Counted from the first letter of the stretch, positions 17,331 through 27,833 are shown. The stretch: DNA of 64,000 bases from Fimbriimonadaceae bacterium (GCA_025455775.1 JALOLT010000001.1:4444-68443), one strand, 5' to 3'. Notes: a model not told the origin generated them from the letters alone. Numbers and translations: made by a program.

Positions 17331-18323
17331 CTAGCCGAAGGTTTGTCTGGCAAAAACCGCTGCACCCCTTGCCCCCGCCATGTCACCGTCTGGGATGATC
17401 ACGATTGGCAGATCGGCCTGTTCTTCTCGAAGGTTCAGGGCAGCCTGAATCCCCTTTAGATACCACGCTCGAAACTCGTCTGTGGCCTCGACTCCTCCCC
17501 CACCGATGAAGATCGCGTCTGGGTCGAGGGTGTCTACCATCTGATCGATGTGGCCTGCCAGGGCGTAGGTCTGAACTCGAAAGATCTTGAGTGCCATTTC
17601 GTCTCCCTGTTCAGCAAGGCTCCTCAGCTTCTTTGCCGCAGTTTTTTTATCGTAGCCGTGGAGTTCGTGATCCGGATATTGGGGCAGATATTTCGGCAAA
17701 AGGTTTAGTTCGATAGCGGTCAGACTTGCGACCGATTCTAAGTCAGCGATCTTTCCGCAATTGCAGCGGGTTGGGAACCACCCTTCTGGGTTCCAGTTGT
17801 AGGGCAGGTAAACGTGGCCAAGTTCCGCCGCAAAACCGACTCTGCCTCGCAGGATTTGACCATTCGCCACAATGCCGCCTCCCAGTCCCGTCCCGATGAT
17901 GAGCGATACGCTCGTCTTCTTCTCCGGGGACTCAAGGTTTGCGTAATGGGCGTAGAGAGCGGCAGCATTTCCGTCGTTTAGGTAGCTGACCGGCAGGCCA
18001 AGCTTTTCAGATAAGGCAGAGCGAATGTTGAAGCTCCTAAATCCATCGTGGCGAAAATTTGTCGTTCCCTTGCTGCTAATTACACCATCGGCACTGGCTG
18101 GGCCTGGCGTATCAAGCCCAACGGCAAGGACTTCCGTCTTCGATTTCCCCGACTTTTCGAGAGCAAGCTCAAAGCCCTTTTGGAGCTGATCCAGACAAAT
18201 CTCTGGCCCCTGGGTGACGTGGGCCGGAATTTCGACCATCTCGTTGATCAGCCACTCGCCGTCTTCGAGTGCCGTCACGTTGATTGAGTTGCCGCCGAGA
18301 TCGATTCCAATTGTCAGTGACAT
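17331..18323 (-). CDS. ROK-family sugar kinase (glucokinase-like)
   Basis: 330 aa. N-terminal IGIDLGGNSI, the GTGLGGGIV glycine motif, and Cys cluster CNCGK. Confidence 0.85.
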   Translation of the reverse strand: MSLTIGIDLGGNSINVTALEDGEWLINEMVEIPAHVTQGPEICLDQLQKGFELALEKSGKSKTEVLAVGLDTPGPASADGVISSKGTTNFRHDGFRSFNIRSALSEKLGLPVSYLNDGNAAALYAHYANLESPEKKTSVSLIIGTGLGGGIVANGQILRGRVGFAAELGHVYLPYNWNPEGWFPTRCNCGKIADLESVASLTAIELNLLPKYLPQYPDHELHGYDKKTAAKKLRSLAEQGDEMALKIFRVQTYALAGHIDQMVDTLDPDAIFIGGGGVEATDEFRAWYLKGIQAALNLREEQADLPIVIIPDGDMAGARGAAVFARQTFG

Positions 18324-18420
18324 AGCTGTGTAGCCAGGAGCTTACAGGATAACCAGGGTGAGAATCAGAAAACCAGGATTCCATCAGGGTCAGAAGCTAA
18401 GGTAATGCTATAATAAGCCT

Positions 18421-20757
18421 ATGCCCAAGGAAGGGCCCAGGCTCAAAGACTCTCAGGACGAGACGCGGGTGCCGGTTCGACGGAGCCGTGCTGCCGTGAC
18501 TCCCGAACGTCCCCATCACCTGCCAGATGTTGTGGGGATCATCACTATTGCTACTGGTGTCATTCTCCTCGCCGTACTCGCTCTGGGGAATGGCGGCTTG
18601 CTCGGAAACTCTCTCGTCAACTTTTTTCAAATCCTTTTTGGCAAAGGGGCCTGGGTGGTGGGGGCTCTCCTTCTCTTTGCCGGCTGGGCGATTCTGGCCG
18701 GGAAGAGTGTGGTTGGGGTTTCTCGCGTTGCGTGGGGATCTGCCCTCATCTTCATCGGGGCTCTGGCTCTCTTTGCACGCTCATCTCCATCAGGCGACTT
18801 CTTTGACCCTGCCGTGATTACTGGCTCTGGTGGCTACCTTGGGGCCATCGCGGGATGGGCTCTCACCAGCCTTTTGGGAGTTGTCACGCCGGTGGGAATC
18901 GCAGCGCTCCTCTTGGTCGGGATCGTTCTGTGTTTAGATCAGCCGGTTCGTGAGTGGATGGCAAGCCTCAAAAGGCAGGCTCAACGCCCCGTTGCTGCCA
19001 TTCGAGATACGGCTGGCAAAATACGGGAGAAAACGAACAAGCACTCAACGCAAGGTCTTGCGACAGAGGCAGATGCGGACCTGCGGCGAAAAGCAGCGGT
19101 CAAAGTGCTGGAAAATGGCCACCGAAGCCCCTTGGGGGATTCAGACGACGATGACGAGGCGTTGCCAGACTCTCAGTCCACTGCACCTGCTGGCAAAGTG
19201 AAGAAGCCGTTCACTCTCTCCCCAGCCACTCAATCCTCCCAACAAACTGTGAGCTTGGACACAACGGTCAGTGAACCAAAAGAAGGCTACAGCTTGCCTC
19301 CTCTGAATTTGTTGGTGGAACCCCAAGCGAGGGCAAAGAGGGATCCCAAGGAAGTCCAACGAAACATCGCTACTCTGGAGAACACCTTAGAGCAGTTTGG
19401 GATCGAGGCAAATGTTGTCGAGGTGGCAAATGGCCCTACGATCACCCGGTACGAGGTTCAGCTTGGTCCAGGAATTCGCGTCGGGCGTATCACGGCTCTT
19501 GCCGACAACATCGCCATGAACCTGGCTGCCAGCCATGTCCGAGTTGAAGCCCCGATTCCTGGGAAGAATGCGATCGGGGTTGAGGTTCCGACCGGAACCC
19601 GTGCCATGGTTTCTCTGCGCGAGATGGTGGAGAGCCTGGAGTTTCACGATAAGTCGCAGAAGCTCACGATCGCCCTTGGCAAGGATGTCAGCGGAACCTG
19701 CAAATACACAGACCTCACCAGAATGCCTCACCTCTTGGTAGGTGGCGCAACGAATAGCGGAAAGTCGATCTGCCTTTCGGCTCTCGTGATGAGTCTGATC
19801 CTGAAGATGACTCCCAAGGAATTGCGCCTTGTGATGATCGACCCGAAACGAGTTGAGATGGCCTTTTTTGAAGGGCTCCCTCACCTCATGTGCCCAGTGG
19901 TGAAGGACGTGAAGGAAGCTCCCGGCGTTCTGCGGGCTGTGGTACGCGAAATGGATCGACGTTACGATCGATTCAGCGAGGCAGGGGTTCGCAATATCGA
20001 TGGCTGGAACCAGAAGGCGAGCTTCCAGGACAAGCTGCCCTACATCGTCGTCATCATCGATGAGCTCGCTGACCTCATGATCCAGGCTGCTGCCGAAGTC
20101 GAGACCTCAATCTGTCGTTTGGCTCAGCTGGCCCGCGCGACAGGAATCCACCTGGTTATCGCCACCCAGCGCCCCTCGGTGGATGTCATCACTGGAACGA
20201 TTAAGAACAATATCTCCAGTCGAATTGCCTTCGCTGTGTCAAGCCAGATCGACTCGCGCACGATCTTGGATCAGGCAGGCGCAGACAAACTGATCGGCAA
20301 GGGCGACATGCTCTTCCTGCCCATTGACGCCCTCAAACCAGTTCGAATTCAAGGTTGCTACATTAGCGAAAAAGAAATCGAGGACGTCTGTGATTTTTGG
20401 CGCGAACAAGAAAAGCCTCACTACGTTTTGAATCCGGTTCAGATCGCTGTCGAAGAGCGGGAAGCAGAGATGAGGGAACAGGAGGATGATCCCTTCTGGG
20501 AAGATGCAGTTCGTTTTGTAGTTGAGCGGGGTGAGGCGTCCACCTCGATGCTTCAACGCAAATTCTCAATCGGCTTTCAGAGGGCCTCGCGGCTGCTCGA
20601 CATGATGGAGGAGCGAGGGATTGTCGGGCGGCGAGATGGCCCCCGACCCCGCCAGGTCACGATGGATCCGATCCAAATGGAGCAGCTCTTTGGCCGCCGG
20701 GACTATATGGCACCAATGGATCCGAGCGAGTACATCGACGACCAAGATGAGCGATAA
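18421..20757 (+). CDS. ftsK: DNA translocase FtsK/SpoIIIE
   Basis: 778 aa. N-terminal TM helices, a linker, Walker A GGATNSGKS, and the C-terminal gamma domain ASTSMLQRKFSIGFQRASRLLDMME. Confidence 0.93.
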   Translation: MPKEGPRLKDSQDETRVPVRRSRAAVTPERPHHLPDVVGIITIATGVILLAVLALGNGGLLGNSLVNFFQILFGKGAWVVGALLLFAGWAILAGKSVVGVSRVAWGSALIFIGALALFARSSPSGDFFDPAVITGSGGYLGAIAGWALTSLLGVVTPVGIAALLLVGIVLCLDQPVREWMASLKRQAQRPVAAIRDTAGKIREKTNKHSTQGLATEADADLRRKAAVKVLENGHRSPLGDSDDDDEALPDSQSTAPAGKVKKPFTLSPATQSSQQTVSLDTTVSEPKEGYSLPPLNLLVEPQARAKRDPKEVQRNIATLENTLEQFGIEANVVEVANGPTITRYEVQLGPGIRVGRITALADNIAMNLAASHVRVEAPIPGKNAIGVEVPTGTRAMVSLREMVESLEFHDKSQKLTIALGKDVSGTCKYTDLTRMPHLLVGGATNSGKSICLSALVMSLILKMTPKELRLVMIDPKRVEMAFFEGLPHLMCPVVKDVKEAPGVLRAVVREMDRRYDRFSEAGVRNIDGWNQKASFQDKLPYIVVIIDELADLMIQAAAEVETSICRLAQLARATGIHLVIATQRPSVDVITGTIKNNISSRIAFAVSSQIDSRTILDQAGADKLIGKGDMLFLPIDALKPVRIQGCYISEKEIEDVCDFWREQEKPHYVLNPVQIAVEEREAEMREQEDDPFWEDAVRFVVERGEASTSMLQRKFSIGFQRASRLLDMMEERGIVGRRDGPRPRQVTMDPIQMEQLFGRRDYMAPMDPSEYIDDQDER

Positions 20758-20777
20758 GACCTCGCAAATTTGCTATC

Positions 20778-20796
20778 CCTTCATGTGAAGGTTTTT
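20778..20796 (+). terminator. weak putative terminator after ftsK
   Basis: ccttc-atgt-gaagg followed by TTTTT. The stem is only 5 bp. Confidence 0.35.
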
Positions 20797-20922
20797 GGGG
20801 CAGAGTTCGCCCATTCTACAGAATGATTTGGTGCGCGGACTCAGTATTTGATTTTGTGGTCTCAGCTATGGGGATCCTTGCTGGTTTTGGATTCCGGTGG
20901 TGTCTTGCACTATACTGGGATC

Positions 20923-22401
20923 ATGAAACCAGTGGCTTTAGCGGTGGTTACTGTCTTGAGCGCTTCCACAATGGCTCAGCTGAGACTTCCAGGGGGAGGA
21001 GACTTGCCAGACATAAATCTGCCAGGGCTGGAAGACCTCCTTTTCAAGAAGGAAAAGCCCCTCACGACTCGTCTGGAAGATGCCTGGCAAGGAGTGCCTC
21101 ATTTAGATGGCTGGGCTCCCTTTCAACCGACCGTTCTCACGAACGGAAATCGGAACGCGGAGGGCATTTGGAACGTTCAGCCTGGCGCCTATTCGATAGA
21201 ACTGAAGAGTTTCTGCCTCAGAGGCTACACCTATGGCCCTTCTCCAGGAATGGGTTATGCCATCGGGCCATGGAAGGGGCCCCACGCCGAGATTTTACAG
21301 AACGTGATCCGGCGCTGGTCCCTCACCGATATCCCTCAGCAGCAGGCACAAGCCCTTTTGTGGTCGTTGCTCGCCAGGACCAAACCCAGCAAGCTTAATC
21401 GGGAGCTGAAGGTGGTGGCGGGGGTTCTTCTCAAACCGGAAGAGATTGCGACCCTGGAAGGCTTTAGTCTGGATGGCTTGAGTAACAGGGTGGTTGGACA
21501 ATTGACGCGAAACGTCAGCCGGGAACTGCGTCCTCTGTACGAAGCAGAGAACAAGATTCGCCGAATGGCCACCCAGGCCAATCACTCTTATCGTGATATG
21601 CAGCGATTGATGGTCTTAGAGGCTCCGGCCAACCTTCCGACTACCTTGCCCCGGGGTCGGTGGCTTTGGGATCCGAAAGGCTACTTCTTCCGGGTGAGGA
21701 TCGGAGGTTACAGCCGCACCTTCTTTGAGGCAGTCGTTCCGCGAAAGCCGCTGATCAACCGGGACAGTCTTGGACGGATCACCCGTCTCGAGTGCCCACC
21801 GGGGGTCGTCAGCGAGGTTGTGTATGATGATGCCGAGCCGGCGAAGCCCTTTCCGCAAGATCCCGGCTTGACCGTGTATCCGATCAAGGGCGTGAAACTC
21901 TCGATGCCTGATCCAGAAAATCCAACGGTGAACCTCACCTTCGAAAAAGAGGTTTCTGGCTTCATTTTCAAGGGGATTCCCAAACCAAAACCCAAATCAG
22001 ATCGACAAGCCCTGGTCCTCCGAGTCTTAAGCCCCTACGGTGCCAGCCCCCTGGTCTTCCAGAATTGGGGTCGCAGATACGAGCAAGCTCAAGATGCCTA
22101 CGATCGGTACAACACCTACCGTGACTATGCTGACCGGGCTGGCAGGATTCAAGATGGAACAGCTTCGCCCGATGCCTTCCTTGACCCATCCCACTACCGG
22201 GAGGGACTCTGGGAGGCACTCACTGGCGGTGGTCTAGGTTGGCTTGCTGACCACTATTCACGTCAAGCCGAGGCGGTGGCCTACGCGACTCAGCAAATCG
22301 ACCAACTCGGCCGAGATACCCCAGTGGATCCGAGTGGAGGAATCTTCACTCCTGGCAATCGAGGCAGTCAACTCATCGGCGGCTCCCGCGCGTCGTTTTG
22401 A
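20923..22401 (+). CDS. secreted hypothetical protein
   Basis: The start at ATG 20923 gives signal peptide MKPVALAVVTVLSASTMAQ. 492 aa. No family recognised. Confidence 0.65.
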   Translation: MKPVALAVVTVLSASTMAQLRLPGGGDLPDINLPGLEDLLFKKEKPLTTRLEDAWQGVPHLDGWAPFQPTVLTNGNRNAEGIWNVQPGAYSIELKSFCLRGYTYGPSPGMGYAIGPWKGPHAEILQNVIRRWSLTDIPQQQAQALLWSLLARTKPSKLNRELKVVAGVLLKPEEIATLEGFSLDGLSNRVVGQLTRNVSRELRPLYEAENKIRRMATQANHSYRDMQRLMVLEAPANLPTTLPRGRWLWDPKGYFFRVRIGGYSRTFFEAVVPRKPLINRDSLGRITRLECPPGVVSEVVYDDAEPAKPFPQDPGLTVYPIKGVKLSMPDPENPTVNLTFEKEVSGFIFKGIPKPKPKSDRQALVLRVLSPYGASPLVFQNWGRRYEQAQDAYDRYNTYRDYADRAGRIQDGTASPDAFLDPSHYREGLWEALTGGGLGWLADHYSRQAEAVAYATQQIDQLGRDTPVDPSGGIFTPGNRGSQLIGGSRASF

Positions 22402-22443
22402 CCATGTGAGTCGTCTGTAATCGGCTGGCACTCGCGCTTCGTG

Positions 22444-23922
22444 TCACGAGTCTGTGCCGTTCCTCGCCGCTGGCTCCAGACGGGTGAGTTGACGCGGAAC
22501 AAACTCTAGGTTTGGAACCTCAGAGAGCTTCTTGGTTGCTGTAACACCAGAGTTGCGGAGTTTGATGGTCGCATGAAAGACGCTGGAATCGAGCCGTGAT
22601 CCAAAGTCATTAAAGGCCACCCCTGCTCTGCGCAGAGCGTCGCCTAGTTTGGAATATTGCTCGCTCATGGAGCAGAGGCGATCATAGAGTTCGGCGGCTG
22701 TTTTCTGGATTTCCTGAATTTCCCTCACCAGGACTTCCTGACGCCAGCCGTGGGCAACACTCCGCAGAAGGGCGAAGAGGGTACTGGGGCAAGCGAGAAC
22801 GACATTGACCTGGATCGCCTCATCCATGATCTCAGGCCTCGCTTCAATCGCGGCTCGGAAGGCCCCTTCACTTCCCACGAAGAGCACGACAAACTCTGGG
22901 CTGTCCTCAGATCGACGGAGGTAGTTTTTCTTGCTTAAGCTCTGGGCATGGCGTAGCAGTGTGGAGGCATGTTCGGAGAATTTCTTCTTGCGAGCGATCG
23001 GGTCTGTCTCATTCAGGGCATCCAAGTAGGATCCGAGAGAGGCCTTCGAGTCGATGATGATGTTCTTTCCCCCGGCAAACGACACGACCACATCTGGCCG
23101 AGTCATTCCATCGGCGCTGCTTTCCGTGACCTGCTTTCGATAGCCCCAGTGCTCGTCCAAGCCAGACATTTCCAGAACCTTTTCCAGGACTTTTTCTCCC
23201 CACGCACCAGCGGCATTTGGGTTTTTGAGGGCCTCAGTGAGTCTGATCGTCTCGTCCTTGAGAGTCGCACTCTGTCGTAGAATCTCGCTGGCACTTGCCT
23301 TGAGTTCCTCGTACGCGCCGATTCTCTGCTTATCAAGGGAAGCGTTATGCTCCTCTAGTTGTTGGAGCTTCTCGCGGAAGGGGGCAAGCAGAGCTTCGAG
23401 GGAGTGCTTGTGGTTTTGGCTTGTTTTTTCAACAGTCGTTTGGTATGCCTCGAAAATCGCTTGGGTCTGTTTTGTCAGCTCAGCCTGAGAGGCTTTGAGG
23501 GCCTCGCTGCTCAGAGATGCAAAGGCATTTTTGAGCTGCTCTTCTGCGCGAGTCAGGTCACTAAGCCTCTCGGCAAAGGCCAGGTCTCGCTCCTCCTGCC
23601 TTGCCTCAAGGCTGGAAACCTGCATCTTCGTTTCGGCAAGCTCGCTTGATTTCTGTTCAAGCTCTTCCAGGAGTGGATCTAGTCGTTTAGCCCTCTCTTG
23701 AACAGTAGCAAGTTCAATTTGGGCGGCTCTGTAAGTCTCATCAAGTTCCTGCCTTTCTAACCTAGCTCTTTCAAGCGAGGCTTCAAGTCCCTGCAACTTC
23801 CCAGACAAGTTGGAGATGTCGGATTGGAACAAGAGCACTCTTTGCCTTGTTACCCACCACCCGATGAGAAATCCGCACCCTAGGCCAACGACCCCAACCA
23901 GAAGTATCAAAAACTCGCCCAT
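22444..23922 (-). CDS. rmuC: DNA recombination protein RmuC
   Basis: N-terminal TM, a long coiled-coil and a conserved C-terminal domain, as in RmuC. ATG 23922 (MGEFLILLVG..) is preferred over the track's TTG at 23934. Confidence 0.85.
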   Translation of the reverse strand: MGEFLILLVGVVGLGCGFLIGWWVTRQRVLLFQSDISNLSGKLQGLEASLERARLERQELDETYRAAQIELATVQERAKRLDPLLEELEQKSSELAETKMQVSSLEARQEERDLAFAERLSDLTRAEEQLKNAFASLSSEALKASQAELTKQTQAIFEAYQTTVEKTSQNHKHSLEALLAPFREKLQQLEEHNASLDKQRIGAYEELKASASEILRQSATLKDETIRLTEALKNPNAAGAWGEKVLEKVLEMSGLDEHWGYRKQVTESSADGMTRPDVVVSFAGGKNIIIDSKASLGSYLDALNETDPIARKKKFSEHASTLLRHAQSLSKKNYLRRSEDSPEFVVLFVGSEGAFRAAIEARPEIMDEAIQVNVVLACPSTLFALLRSVAHGWRQEVLVREIQEIQKTAAELYDRLCSMSEQYSKLGDALRRAGVAFNDFGSRLDSSVFHATIKLRNSGVTATKKLSEVPNLEFVPRQLTRLEPAARNGTDS

Positions 23923-23995
23923 TTCTGCTATCAAAAGTATAACTGTGTCTACTCACCTTTTGCAAGGGCCCATTTTAGAAAGGTATCGTATTCTT

Positions 23996-24874
23996 ATGAT
24001 TCGACCTCCTCTCGATCGCCCAGGATTAGTTCTTCGTCAGATGTGGTCTGAGGGCATCGTTGTGATGCCAGGTGCTTTTTCTGCCCTGACTGCTCTCTCA
24101 GCCTACAAGCAGGGAGCGAAGGCCGTTTATCTGAGTGGGGGGGCCATCACGAACTCAGTGGTCGGAGTTCCTGATATTGCCCTGATCACGTTGGCGGAAA
24201 TGTCCGGTGTGGCGGCGCGGGCTTGTCAGGTCGCTCCTGTGCCGATTCTTTGCGATTCTGATACTGGGTTTGGCGAGGCTTGGAACGTGGCGCGCACCGT
24301 GATCGAAATGGAAAGGGCTGGTTTGGCTGGCATCCATTTGGAAGATCAAGTCTCCCCCAAGAGATGCGGACATCTGGACGGCAAAGAGGTTATCGCGACC
24401 TCTCAGATGCAAAGCAAAATCAGGGCGGCAGTTTCTGCAAAGCGGGATGGATCCTTCGTGATCATCGCCCGAACCGATGCCAGAGGAGTAGAAGGACTCG
24501 GGGCAGCCATCGACCGAGCGAAGGCCTATAGGGACGTGGGAGCCGATGCAATCTTCCCCGAGGGCCTAATTTCAATGGAAGAGTTTGCCGAGTTTAGAGC
24601 CGCCTTGCCTGGTGTTCCGCTGCTTGCGAACATGACTGAATTTGGCAAGACTCCTCTCATTTCAGCTTCAGAGTTCGAGAGTCTCGGATACCAAATGGTG
24701 ATTTTCCCTGTGACCGCACTTCGGGTGATGCTGAAAGCAGTGGAGGAGTTCTATCGAGATTTGCTGGAGACGGGAAGTCAGGCTGGTTGGATCGACAGGA
24801 TGAGGACTCGCGCCGAGTTGTACGAGACCATTGACTACGACGACTTCACGCGATTGGACCAAGAGTGGAGCTAA
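23996..24874 (+). CDS. prpB: methylisocitrate lyase-like (isocitrate lyase / PEP mutase family)
   Basis: 292 aa from ATG 23996. EDQVSPKRCGH catalytic loop, ARTDA, and collinear similarity to E. coli PrpB as remembered. No prpC or prpD nearby. Confidence 0.8.
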   Translation: MIRPPLDRPGLVLRQMWSEGIVVMPGAFSALTALSAYKQGAKAVYLSGGAITNSVVGVPDIALITLAEMSGVAARACQVAPVPILCDSDTGFGEAWNVARTVIEMERAGLAGIHLEDQVSPKRCGHLDGKEVIATSQMQSKIRAAVSAKRDGSFVIIARTDARGVEGLGAAIDRAKAYRDVGADAIFPEGLISMEEFAEFRAALPGVPLLANMTEFGKTPLISASEFESLGYQMVIFPVTALRVMLKAVEEFYRDLLETGSQAGWIDRMRTRAELYETIDYDDFTRLDQEWS

Positions 24875-24884
24875 GCATTTTTCT

Positions 24885-24982
24885 GGTTTGCGCGCCCCGG
24901 CCCGCGGCCACGCCCGCCCGGAACCTCACTTGGGTGTCAAGTTCAAAGCTTGGTCTCCGGGCCGCCCCGGTGCACGCAAACC
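24885..24982 (+). repeat. GC-rich hairpin repeat, GCCACGCCC family, 98-nt long form (copy C)
   Basis: Arms ggtttgcgcgccccgg (24885-24900) and ccggtgcacgcaaacc (24967-24982) pair at 14 of 16 positions. Inner ccggcccgcgGCCACGCCCgcccgga ... tccgggccgccccgg. It starts 10 nt after the prpB-like stop. Confidence 0.8.
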
Positions 24983-25115
24983 ACTCGGGAACGCGTTCAT
25001 GAGTCGTAACCAAAGAGGGGAAGGGAAAGCAGCAGATCATTCAGATCCTGCCAATAGTTTCCCTTCGCTGGTGATGGAGGGGGATGGCACAAGGAGTGCA
25101 CCCCCCCCCAAGATC

Positions 25116-27701
25116 TCACGGACGGAAGAGAACCGTAGCCGAAAGGGGCGCCAAAGGCAAGGTTCCAGAGACCTGCCTCAGAGCTTTCGTTCCCGCCTGA
25201 TCTCCTTCGACTGCGACCGACCAACTCCCCGAAGGCAAGGTCATTTTGCTTGCCTGCAATCCTCCGTGCAAAACGACCAGAATCTCTCGCCAGCCACTCC
25301 CCACCTTGGCTCCATCCACCAAGTATGCGATCGTTTGGCGAGGGACTTGGCTCTCTGAGAGGAACGTCATCTTCGTCGTCACTGCCTCAGTGGTTGCCAG
25401 CCGCAAACCTGGTTGGGAGCGGCGGAGCTGGATCAACCCCTGGGTGTAGCGGAATAGGCCCTGATGTTTTTTGGCAAGTTCCCAATCGTATTGGTTCGCC
25501 TCGTCTCCCGCGTTGTAGGAGTTGTTGTTCATGTTCTTGGTTCGCCCCAACTCAACCCCCCCTTCCAAGAAGGGCATTCCCTGGGCGAGCAAGACAGCTG
25601 CAGTTCCTAAGCGCACGCCTGACTCTCTGAGGGGGTTGTTCGAACCGAGTGAGAGAGCAACGCGGTCCCACCAAGTGAGGTTATCGTGGGCGCTCACATA
25701 GTTAACCGTCTCTTGCGGGGAGTTTGTGAAGTCCTTCACGGACCCCATGAGGGCGGAGATCAAGCCATTGCGATCCACGACTCCACCCAGAGCAAAGCCT
25801 GGTCCAGCGGCATCGAGTTCGCCGCGAAAAGCCCCACGAAAACGATCATTAAAGACGGCAACGCCAGTGCCGCGCTGGTCACCTTTGCCAAATCGGGTGG
25901 GGCCGCCTCCTGTCCAGGGCTCGCCATAGATGACAGCTGCTGGGTTGATTCTGCGGATGGCTCTGGCAAAATCTGCGTTCGAATCTCTGGTGAACATCCC
26001 GATGAGGTCGAATCTATATCCATCCAGGCGGTACTCCCTTGTCCAGAACTCGAGACTCTCGCGGATGAACTTTCGCACCATGGGTCGTTCGTCGTGAAGC
26101 GCATTCCCGACTCCCGATTCGTTGAGGACAAATCCGCGGTCATCGGTGCGGAAGTAGAAGTAGGGAACCAGTTCCCAGAATGCAGAGAGGGGTCCCTCGC
26201 TCGGCACTGAGTGGTTATAGACGACGTCCAAGACGACTCCAATTCCTGCCTGTTGCATGGCCAACACCATCTCCTTCACTTCGCGAATTCTGGCAGCAGG
26301 GTCGGTTTTGTTCACCGCATACTGTTCCTCCGGAACGTTGAAAAGAGTGGTTTCGTAGCCCCAGTTGTACATGTTGCTGTGCTGGGGATTGAAGTCTTGG
26401 AATGGCAAGATGTGGACGTGGGTGACCCCGAGCGACTTGAGGTAATCGAGCCCCGTCGGGAAGTTTGTGCCGGGGATTTTGGTTCCTCTCTGAGTTAAGC
26501 CCAGATACTTGCCGCGCCATTCCGGGCGAACCCCACTCATGGGATGAATCGTGAAATCTCGCACGTGGATTTCGTACAAGACTGCGTCTGTGTGGTTCTT
26601 TCCCTGGAAAAGCCGAGGATGTGGCCATCCTCGAGGATTCGTTCTGGCGAGATTCAAGACGACAGAGCGGCTTGAGTCGGCAGAGGCAGCTTTTGCGTAA
26701 ATGTCCGCTGCATATCGAGTTTTGCCGTAGGAGTTTAGGCGGTACTGGTAGTAGGTGCCGTCTAGGTTGCCGGGAACGGTAGCGACCCAGGTTCCGCGGG
26801 GTCCGCGTCTCATGGGAATCGACCGCTGCACCCCCGAAGTTGCGCTTTTGAAGAGAAGGAGATCGACTTTGGTGGCAATTGGCGACCAAACCTTGAAGGT
26901 TGTCTGTCTGGGAGTCCAGGTCGGCCCTAAATCTCGCCCGGTGTAGACAGAGGCTGGCTCGTCGAGCACTCCTCGGCTGATCACAATCCGTTCCGGGCCG
27001 TTCGCGACTCTCACTTTGATCTGGCGGGAAAGTTCTGAGAGAGTCAAGGGCTTGGCCAGTCGGGCGATGACTGACTGGTACTTCCCTTCGGTTTCATCCG
27101 AAGGGAAGGTGGGGGTGGGAGGCAGGACGTTTGGTGCTTGAATAAGGCTCGGCTGGTTCACAGAGTCGCGAATCCATCTCTCCTTAAAATTCACGACGAA
27201 CTTCACAATTTTGGGGCTTTCGAGGACGAGGTCAATGTTATTCCCGTTTGGTGTGAAGTTTTGTCCGTAGTTTTCACCCCAGCTTGCGCCTCTGGCAACT
27301 TTGTACTGGTAGCGTCCAGCTGGAAGCTTCACCGTGAGTTCAAAGAGGTCTGGGGTTACCCTGACCATCCGGGTGATGGTTCCTGCTGGATCCCAAGGAT
27401 TCGCGCCGAGAGCAGATTGGATTGTTCCAGCCAGAACGACGAAGTTCGGATTCCCAGTTTGGCTGAGTCTGGCTCCGCCTGAGACAGAGCGAATCTCTCT
27501 GACTTTGCCGTCGATGGTGAGTCGGATTTTTCCCTTGACGGTCTCTGGCTTGACGGCATCTGGAAGCCAGATTCTCACCTCGTCAAACCGATCCAGAAAG
27601 GCAGGAGCCAGCTCGGCAGAGCTTTGTCCCCAAGCAACTGTGCCGAGGGTCAAGAGGCAGACTCCGCTGGCTATCCTCTTGAGAATACGTATACACGCCA
27701 T
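25116..27701 (-). CDS. pulA: type I pullulanase (GH13) with N-terminal carbohydrate-binding modules
   Basis: 861 aa with a signal peptide. YNWGYE, VVLDVVYNHS, GYRFDLIG, YGEPW and YVSAHDN conserved regions in order. Confidence 0.88.
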   Translation of the reverse strand: MACIRILKRIASGVCLLTLGTVAWGQSSAELAPAFLDRFDEVRIWLPDAVKPETVKGKIRLTIDGKVREIRSVSGGARLSQTGNPNFVVLAGTIQSALGANPWDPAGTITRMVRVTPDLFELTVKLPAGRYQYKVARGASWGENYGQNFTPNGNNIDLVLESPKIVKFVVNFKERWIRDSVNQPSLIQAPNVLPPTPTFPSDETEGKYQSVIARLAKPLTLSELSRQIKVRVANGPERIVISRGVLDEPASVYTGRDLGPTWTPRQTTFKVWSPIATKVDLLLFKSATSGVQRSIPMRRGPRGTWVATVPGNLDGTYYQYRLNSYGKTRYAADIYAKAASADSSRSVVLNLARTNPRGWPHPRLFQGKNHTDAVLYEIHVRDFTIHPMSGVRPEWRGKYLGLTQRGTKIPGTNFPTGLDYLKSLGVTHVHILPFQDFNPQHSNMYNWGYETTLFNVPEEQYAVNKTDPAARIREVKEMVLAMQQAGIGVVLDVVYNHSVPSEGPLSAFWELVPYFYFRTDDRGFVLNESGVGNALHDERPMVRKFIRESLEFWTREYRLDGYRFDLIGMFTRDSNADFARAIRRINPAAVIYGEPWTGGGPTRFGKGDQRGTGVAVFNDRFRGAFRGELDAAGPGFALGGVVDRNGLISALMGSVKDFTNSPQETVNYVSAHDNLTWWDRVALSLGSNNPLRESGVRLGTAAVLLAQGMPFLEGGVELGRTKNMNNNSYNAGDEANQYDWELAKKHQGLFRYTQGLIQLRRSQPGLRLATTEAVTTKMTFLSESQVPRQTIAYLVDGAKVGSGWREILVVLHGGLQASKMTLPSGSWSVAVEGDQAGTKALRQVSGTLPLAPLSATVLFRP

Positions 27702-27833
27702 GTCTTATCGTGTCACTGGTGGCCTGCGGAAAGAAAGAGAAGGAGCCAGCAATGAGCACTTTTTCGGGGAGGTTGGGCCTGAAGATAGGAGCTGCGCGAG
27801 TTCTGAAACGTCTAAAATTGAGTGTTGGCAGTC

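Noticed and set aside
24885-24982. Hairpin repeats interpreted as integron attC sites or as MITEs
   Set aside because: attC sites also have variable sequence with conserved structure at gene 3-prime ends. But I see no RYYYAAC / GTTRRRY ends, no integrase and no cassette-like gene array. I see no consistent target-site duplications or transposase that would support a MITE.
25020-25066. Hairpin gaagggaaa ... tttcccttc (9-bp perfect arms, 29-nt loop) between the prpB-like gene and pulA
   Set aside because: The structure is real, but there is no clear U-tract on either strand and it is not related to the repeat family. It is too ambiguous to call a terminator.
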